Source: an uncultured Methylococcus sp.
GTDB lineage: Bacteria; Pseudomonadota; Gammaproteobacteria; Methylococcales; Methylococcaceae
Assembly: GCA_964386975.1 (NCBI GenBank)
Contig: CAYLUS010000001.1
Location: 67,630-131,629, forward strand
Reading direction: 5' to 3'
DNA: 64,000 nucleotides
Position 1 is the first letter of the stretch; every line of letters starts with the position of its first letter. Below the pieces are notes generated by a model, which was not told the origin of the DNA, made no database searches, and was given only the letters and a program-made list of their open reading frames with translations. The translations under genes were made by a program, and so were the position numbers. This document shows, in pieces, positions 1 through 13,011 of this stretch.

Positions 1-965
1 TTCAAAAAGCCAGCGAAAAAGGACTCATGGTCGCCTTCGAAGCAGCGGTGGCCGGAGGAATTCCAATCATCAAGGCGATCCGAGAGGGCCTTGCAGGCAA
101 CACCGTCGAGTGGCTGGCAGGCATCATCAACGGCACGTGCAATTTCATTCTGACGGAGATGCGCGACAAGGGCCGAAGCTTTGAGGATGTCCTTCACGAC
201 GCACAAGCCCTGGGCTATGCCGAACAAGATCCAACTTTCGATGTTGAAGGCATTGATGCGGCGCACAAACTCACCATTCTGGCTTCCATTGCCTTCGGTA
301 TCCCTCTTCAGTTCAACACCCTGTATATCGAGGGGATTCGCTCGGTCGGCGCACTCGATGTTCGCTACGCGGAGGCGCTGGGCTACCGCATCAAGTTACT
401 GGGCATCGCCAGACGCCGGGAAAACGGCATTGAACTCCGTGTCCATCCCACCCTGATACCCGAGCGTCGACTGATTGCGAGCGTCAATGGCGTAATGAAT
501 GCCGTCCTGGTCAAGGGCGATGCCGTCGGTCCCACCCTCTACTATGGCGCCGGCGCCGGGGCTGAACCGACCGCCTCATCCGTGGTCGCCGACCTCGTTG
601 ATGTGGTCCGCACGATGACGTCAGACCCCGAAAACCGGGTTCCACACCTGGCATTCCAGCCCTCTGCCATCACGGCGCTTCCGATCCTTGGAATCGAGGA
701 TGTGCACACCGCCTACTACCTCCGCTTGAGCGCCAGTGATCAGCCCGGCGTTCTTGCAGACGTGACCCGGATTCTTGCCAACCATGGCATCAGCATCGAG
801 GCGGTCTTGCAGAAGGAGCCACCCGCAGGCGAGTCGCAATTGCCAGTCATCATGCTCACGCAACCGGTGGTCGAACGCGAGATGAACGCCGCCATCGGCG
901 AAATCGAGGCGCTTTCGACGATTCAAGCGCCGGTCCGAAAGATTCGCGTCGAAACGCTGGGCTAA
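1..965 (+). CDS. hom: homoserine dehydrogenase, C-terminal part (5' end lies upstream of the window)
   Basis: Frame 3 is open from nt 3 (QKASEKGLMVAFEAAVAGGIPIIK...), so the ATG at 27 is internal. Catalytic-domain motif DPTFDVEGIDAAHKL and a C-terminal ACT-like regulatory domain (YYLRLSASDQPGVLADVTRILANHGISIE) are present. Followed by thrC as in hom-thrC operons. Confidence 0.9.
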   Translation, partial: QKASEKGLMVAFEAAVAGGIPIIKAIREGLAGNTVEWLAGIINGTCNFILTEMRDKGRSFEDVLHDAQALGYAEQDPTFDVEGIDAAHKLTILASIAFGIPLQFNTLYIEGIRSVGALDVRYAEALGYRIKLLGIARRRENGIELRVHPTLIPERRLIASVNGVMNAVLVKGDAVGPTLYYGAGAGAEPTASSVVADLVDVVRTMTSDPENRVPHLAFQPSAITALPILGIEDVHTAYYLRLSASDQPGVLADVTRILANHGISIEAVLQKEPPAGESQLPVIMLTQPVVEREMNAAIGEIEALSTIQAPVRKIRVETLG

Positions 966-1007
966 TCAGTCGCCCGGCACACGTTCCACCCCATACTTCC
1001 CCAGGTA

Positions 1008-2150
1008 ATGACTTCAACTACCCGCTATACCGGCCTCATCGACAAATACCGTGACCGCCTGCCGGTTGCCCCATCCACGCGGGCAATTAGCCTCTGTGAA
1101 GGCAACACGCCCCTGATTGAACTGGTCAACCTTCCGCGCCTGGTGGGCAAGAACGTCAGAATGTTCGTCAAATTTGAAGGCTTGAACCCAACGGGTTCAT
1201 TCAAGGACCGGGGCATGACGATGGCGGTCACCAAGGCGGTTGAAGCAGGCAGCAAGGCGATTGTCTGCGCCTCCACCGGCAATACCTCTGCGGCGGCGGC
1301 AGCCTATGCCGCAAGAGCGGACATCCGCTGCTTTGTCCTCATTCCCGACGGCAAGATTGCCCTTGGAAAATTGGCCCAGGCCATGATCCACGGCGCCAAG
1401 GTGCTCCAAATCCAGGGCAACTTCGATGATGGCATGCGACTGGTCAAGGAGATCGCAGATCATGCGCCTGTCACCATCGTCAATTCCATCAACCCGTATC
1501 GGTTGCAAGGACAAAAAACCGCCTCGTTCGAAATCATCGAGGCGCTTGGGCGGGCCCCCGACTACCACTGCCTTCCGGTCGGCAATGCCGGCAACATCAC
1601 AGCCCACTGGATTGGCTACACCGAAGCGACTGTCGCCCCCGGGCACAAGCCGACGGATGCCTGTGCCTTCTGTGAAGGACAGTGTCAATACACTGCAATC
1701 GGCCAACTCGCTTCGAACCGGCCAGTCATGGTGGGTTATCAGGCCTCTGGCGCCGCCCCCTTCCTGCGCGGTCATATGGTCGATGCGCCTGAAACGGTCG
1801 CGACCGCGATCCGCATCGGTCATCCTCAGTCCTGGACTCAGGCTTGGGCCGCCCAGAAAGAGTCGGGAGGTTGGTTTGATGAGATCAGCGATGCTGAAAT
1901 CCTCAGCACGCAGCGGCTGCTCTCAGAACGGGAAGGGGTGTTCTGCGAGCCGGCATCGGCAACCTCCGTTGCCGGTGCCCTCAGGGACATTCGCTCCGGT
2001 AAAATTGCAGAAGGAAAGACCGTGGTTTGCACCCTAACCGGCACAGGACTCAAAGATCCGGATACGGCCATCGGGCAATGTGACACACAACCCAGCAAGG
2101 TCCCGGCAACCCTGGATGCTGTGAAGCACGCCATTCTCGAGTCCATGTAA
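1008..2150 (+). CDS. thrC: threonine synthase
   Basis: 380 aa. PLP-lysine motif FEGLNPTGSFKDRGM and glycine-rich GNAGN loop. Position directly after hom. Confidence 0.92.
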   Translation: MTSTTRYTGLIDKYRDRLPVAPSTRAISLCEGNTPLIELVNLPRLVGKNVRMFVKFEGLNPTGSFKDRGMTMAVTKAVEAGSKAIVCASTGNTSAAAAAYAARADIRCFVLIPDGKIALGKLAQAMIHGAKVLQIQGNFDDGMRLVKEIADHAPVTIVNSINPYRLQGQKTASFEIIEALGRAPDYHCLPVGNAGNITAHWIGYTEATVAPGHKPTDACAFCEGQCQYTAIGQLASNRPVMVGYQASGAAPFLRGHMVDAPETVATAIRIGHPQSWTQAWAAQKESGGWFDEISDAEILSTQRLLSEREGVFCEPASATSVAGALRDIRSGKIAEGKTVVCTLTGTGLKDPDTAIGQCDTQPSKVPATLDAVKHAILESM

Positions 2151-2188
2151 AGTCCGGGGCAAACCGCCGCACCGGCGTTCGATGCGGC

Positions 2189-2524
2189 TTAGGCCTTACG
2201 TAAAAAGCAGGCTTTCAGCAGATAACTGGTCTGGTCGATCTTGACGTCGACCTCGTGGTCGCCGTCACGCAAACGGATATTCTTGGCCTTGGTGCCCTTT
2301 TTCAAGGTGACCGATGACCCTTTGACCTTGAGATCCTTGATCAGAAGGACAGAATCACCGTCTTGAAGCCAGTTTCCATTCGCATCAAGCACCCCGTCCT
2401 GGTCCGCGGGGTCAGCCTCCGTTGATTCGACCTGCCATTCGTGAAAGCAGTCCGGACATGCAAACTGCTGCCCATCGTGATAGGCATTCCCCATCCCGCA
2501 GGCCGGGCAGACAGGACCTGTCAC
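2189..2524 (-). CDS. yjdM: zinc-ribbon protein of the PhnA/YjdM family
   Basis: 111 aa. N-terminal CPACG...CPDC zinc ribbon plus C-terminal PhnA-type domain ([21 protein letters not shown]). The GTG start overlaps the queF stop (GTGA). Confidence 0.8.
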   Translation of the reverse strand: MTGPVCPACGMGNAYHDGQQFACPDCFHEWQVESTEADPADQDGVLDANGNWLQDGDSVLLIKDLKVKGSSVTLKKGTKAKNIRLRDGDHEVDVKIDQTSYLLKACFLRKA

Positions 2525-2913
2525 GGCAGTTGCACGACTGGTTTGGCGCTCCAGCCCGGCTTTTGGTGCTCCGCCACGACCGCCGTATATACCCCCCCCC
2601 TGACGTTGAAGCGGGCGGTTAAGCGCATGAATCGAGGCGATGTCGCACGAACCAAATCATCCAAAATCCGGTTGGTCACGGCCTCATGAAAAGCGCCTTC
2701 GTCGCGGTAAGACCAAATGTAGAGTTTCAGGGATTTCAATTCCACACAGTGTTGATCGGGTACATATTCCAGGTGCAGGGTGGCAAAATCGGGCTGACCG
2801 GTCTTCGGACACAGACAGGTGAACTCCGGCATGTCAATCCGTATGGTGAAGTCCCGTCCAGGCTGGGGATTGTCGAAGGTTTCAAGATTTTTGGTAGGTT
2901 GAGCGGTGGTCAT
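2521..2913 (-). CDS. queF: NADPH-dependent 7-cyano-7-deazaguanine (preQ0) reductase, unimodular type
   Basis: [23 protein letters not shown] (catalytic Cys) and [21 protein letters not shown] motifs. I place the start at MTTAQP (2913). The ORF-track start at 2958 adds 15 non-conserved residues. Confidence 0.88.
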   Translation of the reverse strand: MTTAQPTKNLETFDNPQPGRDFTIRIDMPEFTCLCPKTGQPDFATLHLEYVPDQHCVELKSLKLYIWSYRDEGAFHEAVTNRILDDLVRATSPRFMRLTARFNVRGGVYTAVVAEHQKPGWSAKPVVQLP

Positions 2914-3038
2914 GGGGACAAAATAGTGGGTAAGTGAGACCCGGTGCATACCCTGCAACCCGGGCCAAAAGAGGCGCTAACGCAATCGGCTATAATAACC
3001 GATCTGCACCCTTCCAGCCCCCCATTTCCCGCCCTACT

Positions 3039-6000
3039 GTGCGTCTCGATCGAATCAAACTGTCGGGTTTCAAATCGTTCGTGGACCCCACAACGATTCC
3101 GACGCCCGGAAACCTGATCGGGATTGTCGGACCGAACGGCTGTGGTAAATCCAACATTATTGATGCCGTCCGCTGGGTCATGGGAGAGAGCTCCGCCAAG
3201 CACCTGCGGGGCGAAAACATGGCGGATGTGATCTTCAACGGCTCGAGCAGCCGAAAACCCGTAAGCCTTGCATCCGTCGAACTCGTTTTTGACAATTCGG
3301 AGGGCAAGGCACCCGGGGAATACGCCCAGTTCCATGAAATCTCGATCAAACGCCAAGTCTCCCGAGACGGGCAATCCACCTATATTCTTAATGGTACCCG
3401 TTGCCGCAGAAAGGACATCACTGACCTTTTCCTCGGAACCGGACTTGGCTCTCGAAGCTATGCGATCATTGAGCAGGGCACCATCTCACGTCTTATCGAG
3501 GCAAAACCGGCAGAACTTCGGGAGCTGATCGAAGAGGCGGCAGGCATTTCCAAGTACAAGGAACGGCGCCACGAAACCGAGCTACGAATGGGTCATACCC
3601 AGGAGAATCTCGCCCGCCTTCTGGACCTGCGGGAAGAAATCGCAAAGCAGCTGGAAAGCCTCAAGCGCCAAGCCAGAAAGGCAGAAAAATATACCGCGCT
3701 AAAAAACGAAGAACTCATCACCCGCGAGCAGTTGCTGGGGCTCAAGTGGCGCAAGCATCACGAGGAGTTTAGGGGGCTTCAGGAGCGGCTGATCGGCATT
3801 GAGACGGACTTCAGGGCGCAGTCCGAAGAAGACTATAGCCTTAGTGAATCCCTTCAAGCGCTGCGCGACGACCAAGAGTCTCTGCAAAGGAAACTCAACC
3901 AGGAACAAGCTGATTTTTATGAAGTCAGCTCGGATATCTCTCAACTGACCCAAACCCTTCGTCATGCCCGGGAGAACGAGGAGAACCTGATTCAAGAGCG
4001 CGAACGTCTCATCGAGGAAGAGCACAGCATTGCGGCCATCGTCGAGGATGACACCATCCGGCTCGAGGCGCTTCGTGAAGAAGCCGAACAACTCCTGATC
4101 GAAATTGAGCAGGCCGCATCTGGGGAGGGACGTCTCATATCGGTCCGCCAGGAGGCCGACAATCGCCTCAAAGAGGCCCGTTTGGACGTCACTCGGATGG
4201 AGGCAGAACGATCCAGATTCGCCAGCCAGGAATCCACGGAGGCCTCAAGAATCCGTCAGATTGAAATCCAGCTTGAGCAACTTGGCCAGCGGCGAGAGCG
4301 ACTGACCCATGAGAAGAGCGCACTGGAGGGAAGCCTTGATTCTCAGGCACTGAACACCCTCGAGGCGGATCATGAAAGGCTTGAGGCCGACAAAATTGAG
4401 ACGCTGACACAACAAAGCGACCTGCAACAGACCATCTTGGGCTTGAGGGATCACGCTTCGGAGAGCCTTCGACAGCTTAACCTCGATCGCACCGCGCTCA
4501 ATACCCTCAAGGGCCGCATCGCCTCTCTTGAAACCCTTCAAGAGCACGCCATGGGCAAGGACCGCGAGGCGCTTCAGACCTGGCTGGTCGAGATGGGACT
4601 GGAGACCAATGCGCGGCTGGGCGAAGTCATCGATGTCGAAAGCGGGTGGGAAAATGCGGTTGAAATCGCTCTGGGTGATCACCTCGAGGCGCTTTGCATC
4701 GGAGCACTTTCGGTGATCGCCCCCGCGATCGAAAACCTGAAAGGGGAATCGCTCTCGCTTATCGAGTCTGGGCCCAAACACCGGATGCCAGCAGTAACTG
4801 AGGCAGGTTTGCCTCGCCTGATCGACAAGATCAAGGGGCCCGTGGACCTCTCCCCGCTACTGGGCCACATTTTCTGTGCACCCTCCCTTCAGGAGGCAAT
4901 CGTCTGGCTGGACCGACTGGAAGGTCCCGCCAGCATGATCACCTCTGAAGGTATCCGCATCGGCCCGGGTTGGCTATCCGCTGAGAAACCCGAGGATGGG
5001 CATGCCGGACTGATTCAGCGGGAGCGCGAAATTAAGGCAATGAAGGGGGAACGCGACCGTCTCGAAGGGGCGATCGGCGCGCTTGAGCAGCAGCGTGAGT
5101 CGATCGAGGAGGCACAGCGGAAAGCGGAGCAACAACGCGAAGAGGTCCAGCAGGCTGAACGCCAGATTCATCAGGAATTGGCGCGGATCCGGGCCGATCT
5201 CAGCGCCACGCGCGCACGCCACGAACAATCCACCAAGCGCCTTGTCAACATCAACCTCGAACTTGATGACATCCAGATGACCTTTGAGGAGCAGATCGAG
5301 TCGCTGGAAAATGCCCGACTCCTTCGAGAGGACGCGACCACCCAGATTTTGGCCCTGAGCGATGTTCTGATCGGGCGGAGCGAGAGCCTTGAACGTGAAG
5401 AGATTGCCTTAAGCCGCTCTGATGCCGAGCTTGTCGAAGCAAAATCGCTGCACGGTCAACTCAAAAGTCGCCTTGAGAGCGCAACGGCCAGCGAACGGCT
5501 GACCGCGCAACATCTGGAGCGAAGCCAAAAACAGTTGGAATCGGTGGTAGAACGGCTTCGAGCCCTCGACATCAAGGCATCACACACCCTGAAGCCCTCT
5601 GAAGATTCGGAAGAACGACTTGAATTGCTGCAAGCCAAAAAGGGCCTTTTGGAGAGTAGTCTTGGGACCCTGCGTCAACGGCTCAATGACGTCGAGGGCG
5701 CCCTTAGGGGCGCCAGCGAAGCAAAGTTAAATAACGAGCACCGCCTGACCCAGACCCGCGAGCAGGCCGAACGTATCAAGCTGGATTTATCGGCCAACGA
5801 GGTCCGTCGCCAAACGGTGCTGGAGCAATTCGAAGAAACCGGATCCGAACCCGATCAGGTGGTCGCCAATCTGCCCCCTGAGGCCAATGAAAAGGTCTGG
5901 CAGGACAAGGCCAACGAACTGGCCAGCGAAATCGCTCGTCTGGGCGCCGTCAATCTGGCGGCAATGGAGGAACTGGTGGCTCAGGAGGAACGCATGGCCT

Positions 6001-6554
6001 TTCTGGAACAGCAGAACCTCGATCTCAGCGAATCGCTGGACACCCTCAAGGAAGCCATCGAAAAGATTGACCGGGAATGCCGCACCCGCTTCAAGGAGAC
6101 CTTCGACCTCATCAACGCGGGTCTTCAACGCATGTTTCCGAAGCTCTTCGGAGGGGGGCAGGCAAGCCTCGAACTGACGGACAGGGATCTTCTGGAAACT
6201 GGTGTTACCGTGATCGCGCGCCCGCCCGGGAAGCGGAACAGCTCCATTCATCTGCTTTCAGGGGGCGAAAAGGCCCTGACGGCAGCCGCGCTGGTCTTTG
6301 CCATTTTTGAGCTGAATCCGGCCCCCTTCTGCCTGCTGGATGAAGTGGATGCGCCTCTGGACGATGCAAACGTGGGGCGTTTCAGCCAATTGGTCAAGGA
6401 AATGTCCGAAAGGGTACAATTTCTGTTCATTTCGCATAACAAAGTAACCATGGAAATCGCTCAGCACCTTGCCGGCGTCACCATGAAAGAGCCTGGCGTG
6501 TCCCGGATCGTGGCCGTGGACATCGATGCGGCGGTTGATATGGCCACGGCCTAA
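3039..6554 (+). CDS. smc: chromosome segregation protein SMC
   Basis: Walker A GPNGCGKSN, long coiled-coil arms, hinge region, signature LSGGEKALTA and Walker B LLDEVDAPLD. The conserved N-terminus (V)RLDRIKLSGFKSF begins at an in-frame GTG at 3039. The ORF-track ATG at 2934 would overlap the divergent queF promoter region. Confidence 0.93.
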   Translation: MRLDRIKLSGFKSFVDPTTIPTPGNLIGIVGPNGCGKSNIIDAVRWVMGESSAKHLRGENMADVIFNGSSSRKPVSLASVELVFDNSEGKAPGEYAQFHEISIKRQVSRDGQSTYILNGTRCRRKDITDLFLGTGLGSRSYAIIEQGTISRLIEAKPAELRELIEEAAGISKYKERRHETELRMGHTQENLARLLDLREEIAKQLESLKRQARKAEKYTALKNEELITREQLLGLKWRKHHEEFRGLQERLIGIETDFRAQSEEDYSLSESLQALRDDQESLQRKLNQEQADFYEVSSDISQLTQTLRHARENEENLIQERERLIEEEHSIAAIVEDDTIRLEALREEAEQLLIEIEQAASGEGRLISVRQEADNRLKEARLDVTRMEAERSRFASQESTEASRIRQIEIQLEQLGQRRERLTHEKSALEGSLDSQALNTLEADHERLEADKIETLTQQSDLQQTILGLRDHASESLRQLNLDRTALNTLKGRIASLETLQEHAMGKDREALQTWLVEMGLETNARLGEVIDVESGWENAVEIALGDHLEALCIGALSVIAPAIENLKGESLSLIESGPKHRMPAVTEAGLPRLIDKIKGPVDLSPLLGHIFCAPSLQEAIVWLDRLEGPASMITSEGIRIGPGWLSAEKPEDGHAGLIQREREIKAMKGERDRLEGAIGALEQQRESIEEAQRKAEQQREEVQQAERQIHQELARIRADLSATRARHEQSTKRLVNINLELDDIQMTFEEQIESLENARLLREDATTQILALSDVLIGRSESLEREEIALSRSDAELVEAKSLHGQLKSRLESATASERLTAQHLERSQKQLESVVERLRALDIKASHTLKPSEDSEERLELLQAKKGLLESSLGTLRQRLNDVEGALRGASEAKLNNEHRLTQTREQAERIKLDLSANEVRRQTVLEQFEETGSEPDQVVANLPPEANEKVWQDKANELASEIARLGAVNLAAMEELVAQEERMAFLEQQNLDLSESLDTLKEAIEKIDRECRTRFKETFDLINAGLQRMFPKLFGGGQASLELTDRDLLETGVTVIARPPGKRNSSIHLLSGGEKALTAAALVFAIFELNPAPFCLLDEVDAPLDDANVGRFSQLVKEMSERVQFLFISHNKVTMEIAQHLAGVTMKEPGVSRIVAVDIDAAVDMATA

Positions 6555-6568
6555 CCCTGGACCTCAAG

Positions 6569-9354
<2,786 letters not shown>

Positions 9355-9364
9355 AATATTCACC

Positions 9365-9718
9365 ATGAACCCGACCCCTTCTCTTCAACGTCTCGGCATG
9401 GCACTGCTCCTGGTGACACTGTCCGGTTGCACCACCACCATGCTTCAGACCCAACATCGGCCAGATCCGAATCACAAGAAAGTGTGTCCGACGGTCTATG
9501 CCATGACCCGACTGGACCTCGCCGGTTTAGATTGGGCTTTTTCAAATCAAACCAAACCGGAAAGCCCCTGTTTGCAACTGTATTTTCCCAAAGCGGAAAA
9601 AGATGGCTTTTATCAGAACTCCGTGCGCTGGATGAGTCCCTTGATGATCCTGAGCCTACCGCCGGGCATCATTTTCGATACCCTCTTTCTTCCGGCAACG
9701 CTCAGCAACCTTGATTAA
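9365..9718 (+). CDS. YceK/YidQ-family lipoprotein
   Basis: Lipobox LVTLSGC after a signal peptide. C-terminal LSLPPGIIFDTLFLPATL resembles the YceK LDLP..L.FDT.LLP motif. Start placed at MNPTPS (9365), 19 codons inside the ORF-track call. Confidence 0.65.
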   Translation: MNPTPSLQRLGMALLLVTLSGCTTTMLQTQHRPDPNHKKVCPTVYAMTRLDLAGLDWAFSNQTKPESPCLQLYFPKAEKDGFYQNSVRWMSPLMILSLPPGIIFDTLFLPATLSNLD

Positions 9719-9766
9719 TCAGTCACCGGCCCGCGAATCCCCACCCCACCAACAAGCTCAGGTTCG

Positions 9767-10291
9767 ATGCGCACAGCGCCCTCCAAGGACAATGGCTTTC
9801 ATGATGCCCACGTGCGTCTGATCTTTGAGAGTTTCCACCGTCAAACAGGGATTGCCTTGGCCGCCCCACTCGATCCTCGTGCTCCAGATTTTGCAGAACA
9901 GGTCTTTTTTGCGCCTTTCGCACTGCTTTCGCATGATGCATCAGAAGATCCGGTATTTACCTACGCCAACCAGACTGCACTTTCGCTCTTCGGTCTCAGC
10001 TTTGAAGAAATCACGCAGTTGCATTCCCGGCTGTCAGCCGAACCAGGGCTTCGCGAAGAGCGAGAGCGGCTGCTTCGGGATGTCAGAGCAAAAGGCTATT
10101 CTTCAGGCTACCGCGGCATCCGTACAGGGAGGAAAGGACGGTTTGAGATCAATCGGGCATCGGTATGGAACCTTCTGTCTCCAGAGGGCAACCGCGTTGG
10201 CCAGGCCGCCTGGTTCGATCAGTGGTGCTGGCTGGATGGTCCCGACCCCCAAATGAATGGGACTCGGGACGTCCATAGGCACAACCCCTGA
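9767..10291 (+). CDS. stand-alone MEKHLA (PAS-like) domain protein
   Basis: 174 aa. APFALLSHD..DPVFTYANQTALSLFGLSFEEI...RLSAEP..REER..LL..V..KGY..GYRGIRTGRKGRRF.I matches my recollection of the bacterial MEKHLA family. Confidence 0.7.
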   Translation: MRTAPSKDNGFHDAHVRLIFESFHRQTGIALAAPLDPRAPDFAEQVFFAPFALLSHDASEDPVFTYANQTALSLFGLSFEEITQLHSRLSAEPGLREERERLLRDVRAKGYSSGYRGIRTGRKGRFEINRASVWNLLSPEGNRVGQAAWFDQWCWLDGPDPQMNGTRDVHRHNP

Positions 10292-12865
10292 TCAGCAGCT
10301 GAATACAATCCGGCCTTCCGCCGCATCGGCCGTCACCACATCGCCCGACCCGATGCGACCCGCCAGAATGTCTTGGGCCAGCGCATTCTCAAGCTCCTGC
10401 TGAATAGCGCGCTTGAGGGGCCTTGCGCCAAAGACCGGGTCAAACCCGACCTCACCCAGAAGGTCGAGGGCTGCATCCGTGACCTGAAGGGTGATATCCC
10501 TCTCCTGAAGTCGGGCCTCCAGCTGGGCAATCTGAATTTTCGCAATCGAGCGGATCTGCGCCTTCAGCAAGGGATGGAACACCACGGCCTCATCGATACG
10601 GTTGATAAATTCCGGACGGAAGTATTTGCCAACGACCTCCATCACGGCCGCCTTCATCTCGGCATAGCGGTCATCGCCCGCCAATTCCTGAATGCGATCC
10701 GAACCCAAATTCGAGGTCATCACGATCACGGTGTTACGAAAATCCACCGTTCTGCCATGCCCATCGGTCAATCGTCCGTCATCGAGAACTTGCAACAGGA
10801 TGTTGAAAACGTCCGGATGGGCTTTTTCAACCTCGTCCAGAAGGATGACCGAATAGGGACGGCGCCGCACCGACTCCGTCAGATAGCCTCCTTCCTCGTA
10901 CCCCACATAGCCCGGGGGCGCACCGATCAGGCGAGCCACTGAATGCTTTTCCATGAATTCGGACATATCGATCCGGATCATGGCCTCGTCGGTATCAAAC
11001 AGGAACTCCGCCAAGGCCTTGCATAGCTCCGTCTTGCCAACACCTGTGGGTCCGAGAAACAGGAATGACCCGTTGGGTCTGCGCGGATCGGAGAGGCCGG
11101 CCCTTGATCGGCGAATTGCATCTGAGACCGCCTTGATGGCTTCCTGCTGCCCCACAACCCGCTGGCCCAACTCGACTTCCATCTGCAGCAACTTCTCGCG
11201 TTCTCCCTCCAGCATCTTGGCCACCGGTATTCCGGTCCATTTGGAAACGACCTCAGCGATTTCCTCGTCAGTCACCCGATTCCGAACCAGCGTTGCCTCA
11301 ACATTCTCGACTTCATTCGATGCATCAAGCTGCCTCTGCAAGTCTGGAATCGCCCCATACTGAAGCTCCGACATACGCGCGAGATCACCGGACCGTCGCG
11401 CCGCCTCAAGATCCAGCTTGGCCTTCTCCAGTTTTTCCTTGATGGCCGTATTTCCCTGCAGGGCTGCCTTCTCCGCCATCCAGACTTCTTCCAGCTCGGC
11501 GTACTCGCGCTCCATCTCACCGATGCGCTCCTCCAGTTCAAGAAGTCGGCGTCGTGAGGCCTCATCGGTCTCCTTCTTAAGGGCCTCCCGCTCAATTTTG
11601 AGCTGAATCAGGCGTCGATCGAGACGGTCCATCGCCTCCGGCTTGGAATCAATTTCCATGCGGATACGACTGCTGGCCTCATCCACCAGATCAATGGCCT
11701 TGTCAGGGAGGTTGCGATCGGTGATGTAGCGATGAGAGAGCGTCGCTGCAGCAACAATCGCCGGATCGGTGATGGTGATTCCGTGATGCACCTCGTATTT
11801 TTCCTTCAGGCCCCGAAGAATGGCGATGGTGTCCTCGACACTGGGTTCATTAACGAGCACCTTCTGGAACCGGCGCTCGAGGGCCGCATCCTTTTCGATG
11901 TACTGCCGATACTCATCGAGGGTGGTCGCACCAATGCAGTGGAGCTCGCCGCGTGCCAGCGCGGGTTTCAGCATGTTGCCCGCATCCATGGCCCCATCCG
12001 CCTTGCCGGCGCCCACCATCGTATGAAGTTCGTCAATGAAGAGAATGACCCTGCCCTCTTGCTTGGCGACATCGTTGAGGAGCGCCTTCATTCGCTCTTC
12101 AAATTCACCCCTGAATTTGGTACCTGCGATCAATGCCGCCATGTCCAGCGCCAGAAGGCGCTTGCCCTTGACCCCCTCGGGCACTTCACCATTGATGATC
12201 CTGAGCGCCAAACCTTCAACGATGGCGGTCTTGCCAACGCCAGGCTCACCGATCAGAACGGGATTGTTCTTGGTTCTCCGCTGCAGCACCTGAATCGTCC
12301 TGCGGATTTCATCGTCACGGCCGATCACCGGGTCCAGCTTGCCCTCCTCGGCACGCAGGGTCAGGTCAATCGTGTATTTCTGCAGTGCACCGCGCTGCTC
12401 CTCAGCATTGGGATCGTCCACTTTCTGACCGCCTCGCACGGCATCGATGGCGGTCATGAGGCTTGCCGTTGAAAGCCCCGCGCGCTTGAGTGCATCGCCA
12501 ACAGCGCCCTTCTCATCCAGTGCTGCAAGCACAAAGATCTCACTACTGATGAACTGATCACCCCGCTTTTGGGCCAATTTATCGGTTAAATTCAGGAGTT
12601 TAAGGAGATCACTGGAGATCTGAAGATCGCCTCCGGTACCCTCGACCCGAGGCAGCCGGTCCAGTATCTGGCCAAGGGCCGTCCTGAGCGCCGGCGCATT
12701 GACGCCCGCCTGGGTTAAAAGCGGCCTGACAGTTCCCCCCTGCTGATCGAGAAGCGCAATCATTACGTGAACAGGCTCGATGAACTGCTGGTCGGATCCT
12801 AATGCCAGACTTTGGGCATCTGCCAAGGCCGATTGAAACTTGCCGGTCAATTTATCCATTCTCAT
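10292..12865 (-). CDS. clpB: ATP-dependent disaggregase ClpB
   Basis: 857 aa. Two AAA+ modules (GEPGVGKT and GPTGVGKT Walker A), middle coiled-coil domain and N-terminal Clp repeat. A sigma32-like promoter lies upstream. Confidence 0.95.
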   Translation of the reverse strand: MRMDKLTGKFQSALADAQSLALGSDQQFIEPVHVMIALLDQQGGTVRPLLTQAGVNAPALRTALGQILDRLPRVEGTGGDLQISSDLLKLLNLTDKLAQKRGDQFISSEIFVLAALDEKGAVGDALKRAGLSTASLMTAIDAVRGGQKVDDPNAEEQRGALQKYTIDLTLRAEEGKLDPVIGRDDEIRRTIQVLQRRTKNNPVLIGEPGVGKTAIVEGLALRIINGEVPEGVKGKRLLALDMAALIAGTKFRGEFEERMKALLNDVAKQEGRVILFIDELHTMVGAGKADGAMDAGNMLKPALARGELHCIGATTLDEYRQYIEKDAALERRFQKVLVNEPSVEDTIAILRGLKEKYEVHHGITITDPAIVAAATLSHRYITDRNLPDKAIDLVDEASSRIRMEIDSKPEAMDRLDRRLIQLKIEREALKKETDEASRRRLLELEERIGEMEREYAELEEVWMAEKAALQGNTAIKEKLEKAKLDLEAARRSGDLARMSELQYGAIPDLQRQLDASNEVENVEATLVRNRVTDEEIAEVVSKWTGIPVAKMLEGEREKLLQMEVELGQRVVGQQEAIKAVSDAIRRSRAGLSDPRRPNGSFLFLGPTGVGKTELCKALAEFLFDTDEAMIRIDMSEFMEKHSVARLIGAPPGYVGYEEGGYLTESVRRRPYSVILLDEVEKAHPDVFNILLQVLDDGRLTDGHGRTVDFRNTVIVMTSNLGSDRIQELAGDDRYAEMKAAVMEVVGKYFRPEFINRIDEAVVFHPLLKAQIRSIAKIQIAQLEARLQERDITLQVTDAALDLLGEVGFDPVFGARPLKRAIQQELENALAQDILAGRIGSGDVVTADAAEGRIVFSC

Positions 12866-12906
12866 AATCTTGAAGTCCCCCTGGTTCGGTTCGGTCTATG
12901 ATGGGG

Positions 12907-12935
12907 TTATGGGGATCACGCGGGCCATTCTCAAG
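12907..12935 (-). promoter_or_regulatory. sigma32 (heat-shock)-type promoter for clpB
   Basis: The minus strand reads CTTGAGA-14 nt-CCCCATAA (consensus CTTGAAA-N13-15-CCCCATnT). The -10 element ends about 40 nt upstream of the clpB ATG, and clpB is a canonical sigma32 regulon member. Confidence 0.6.
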
Positions 12936-13011
12936 TTTTCGGATGGTCTGATCCACAAACTCACCCCATTGGTGCGGAAATCGCCCGATTTTGGATGCCT
13001 GATGCTCTGAC

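Noticed and set aside
2592-2600. C9 homopolymer inside queF, a second C9 run at 15147-15155 near the 5' end of fis, and a C8 run at 6775-6782 in zipA. These were considered as slipped-strand phase-variation switches.
   Set aside because: All are in frame in intact housekeeping genes, where they encode Gly-Gly or Pro-Pro. Poly-C/G runs recur throughout this GC-rich sequence (for example 19062, 37404). Without population or read-level length variation there is no evidence of phase variation.
2934-3038. The ORF-track start of smc at 2934. Analogous 5' extensions are 41236 for the L,D-transpeptidase, 28214 for GT2-A, 37253 for mtnC, 43674 for sufD, 46143 for sufU, 46709 for the Rieske gene, 60846 for the OMF and 9308 for the YceK-like gene.
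   Set aside because: The extensions overlap neighbouring genes or divergent promoter regions and encode non-conserved, Arg/Pro-rich peptides. Internal starts give canonical N-termini, signal peptides or 4-nt coupling overlaps.
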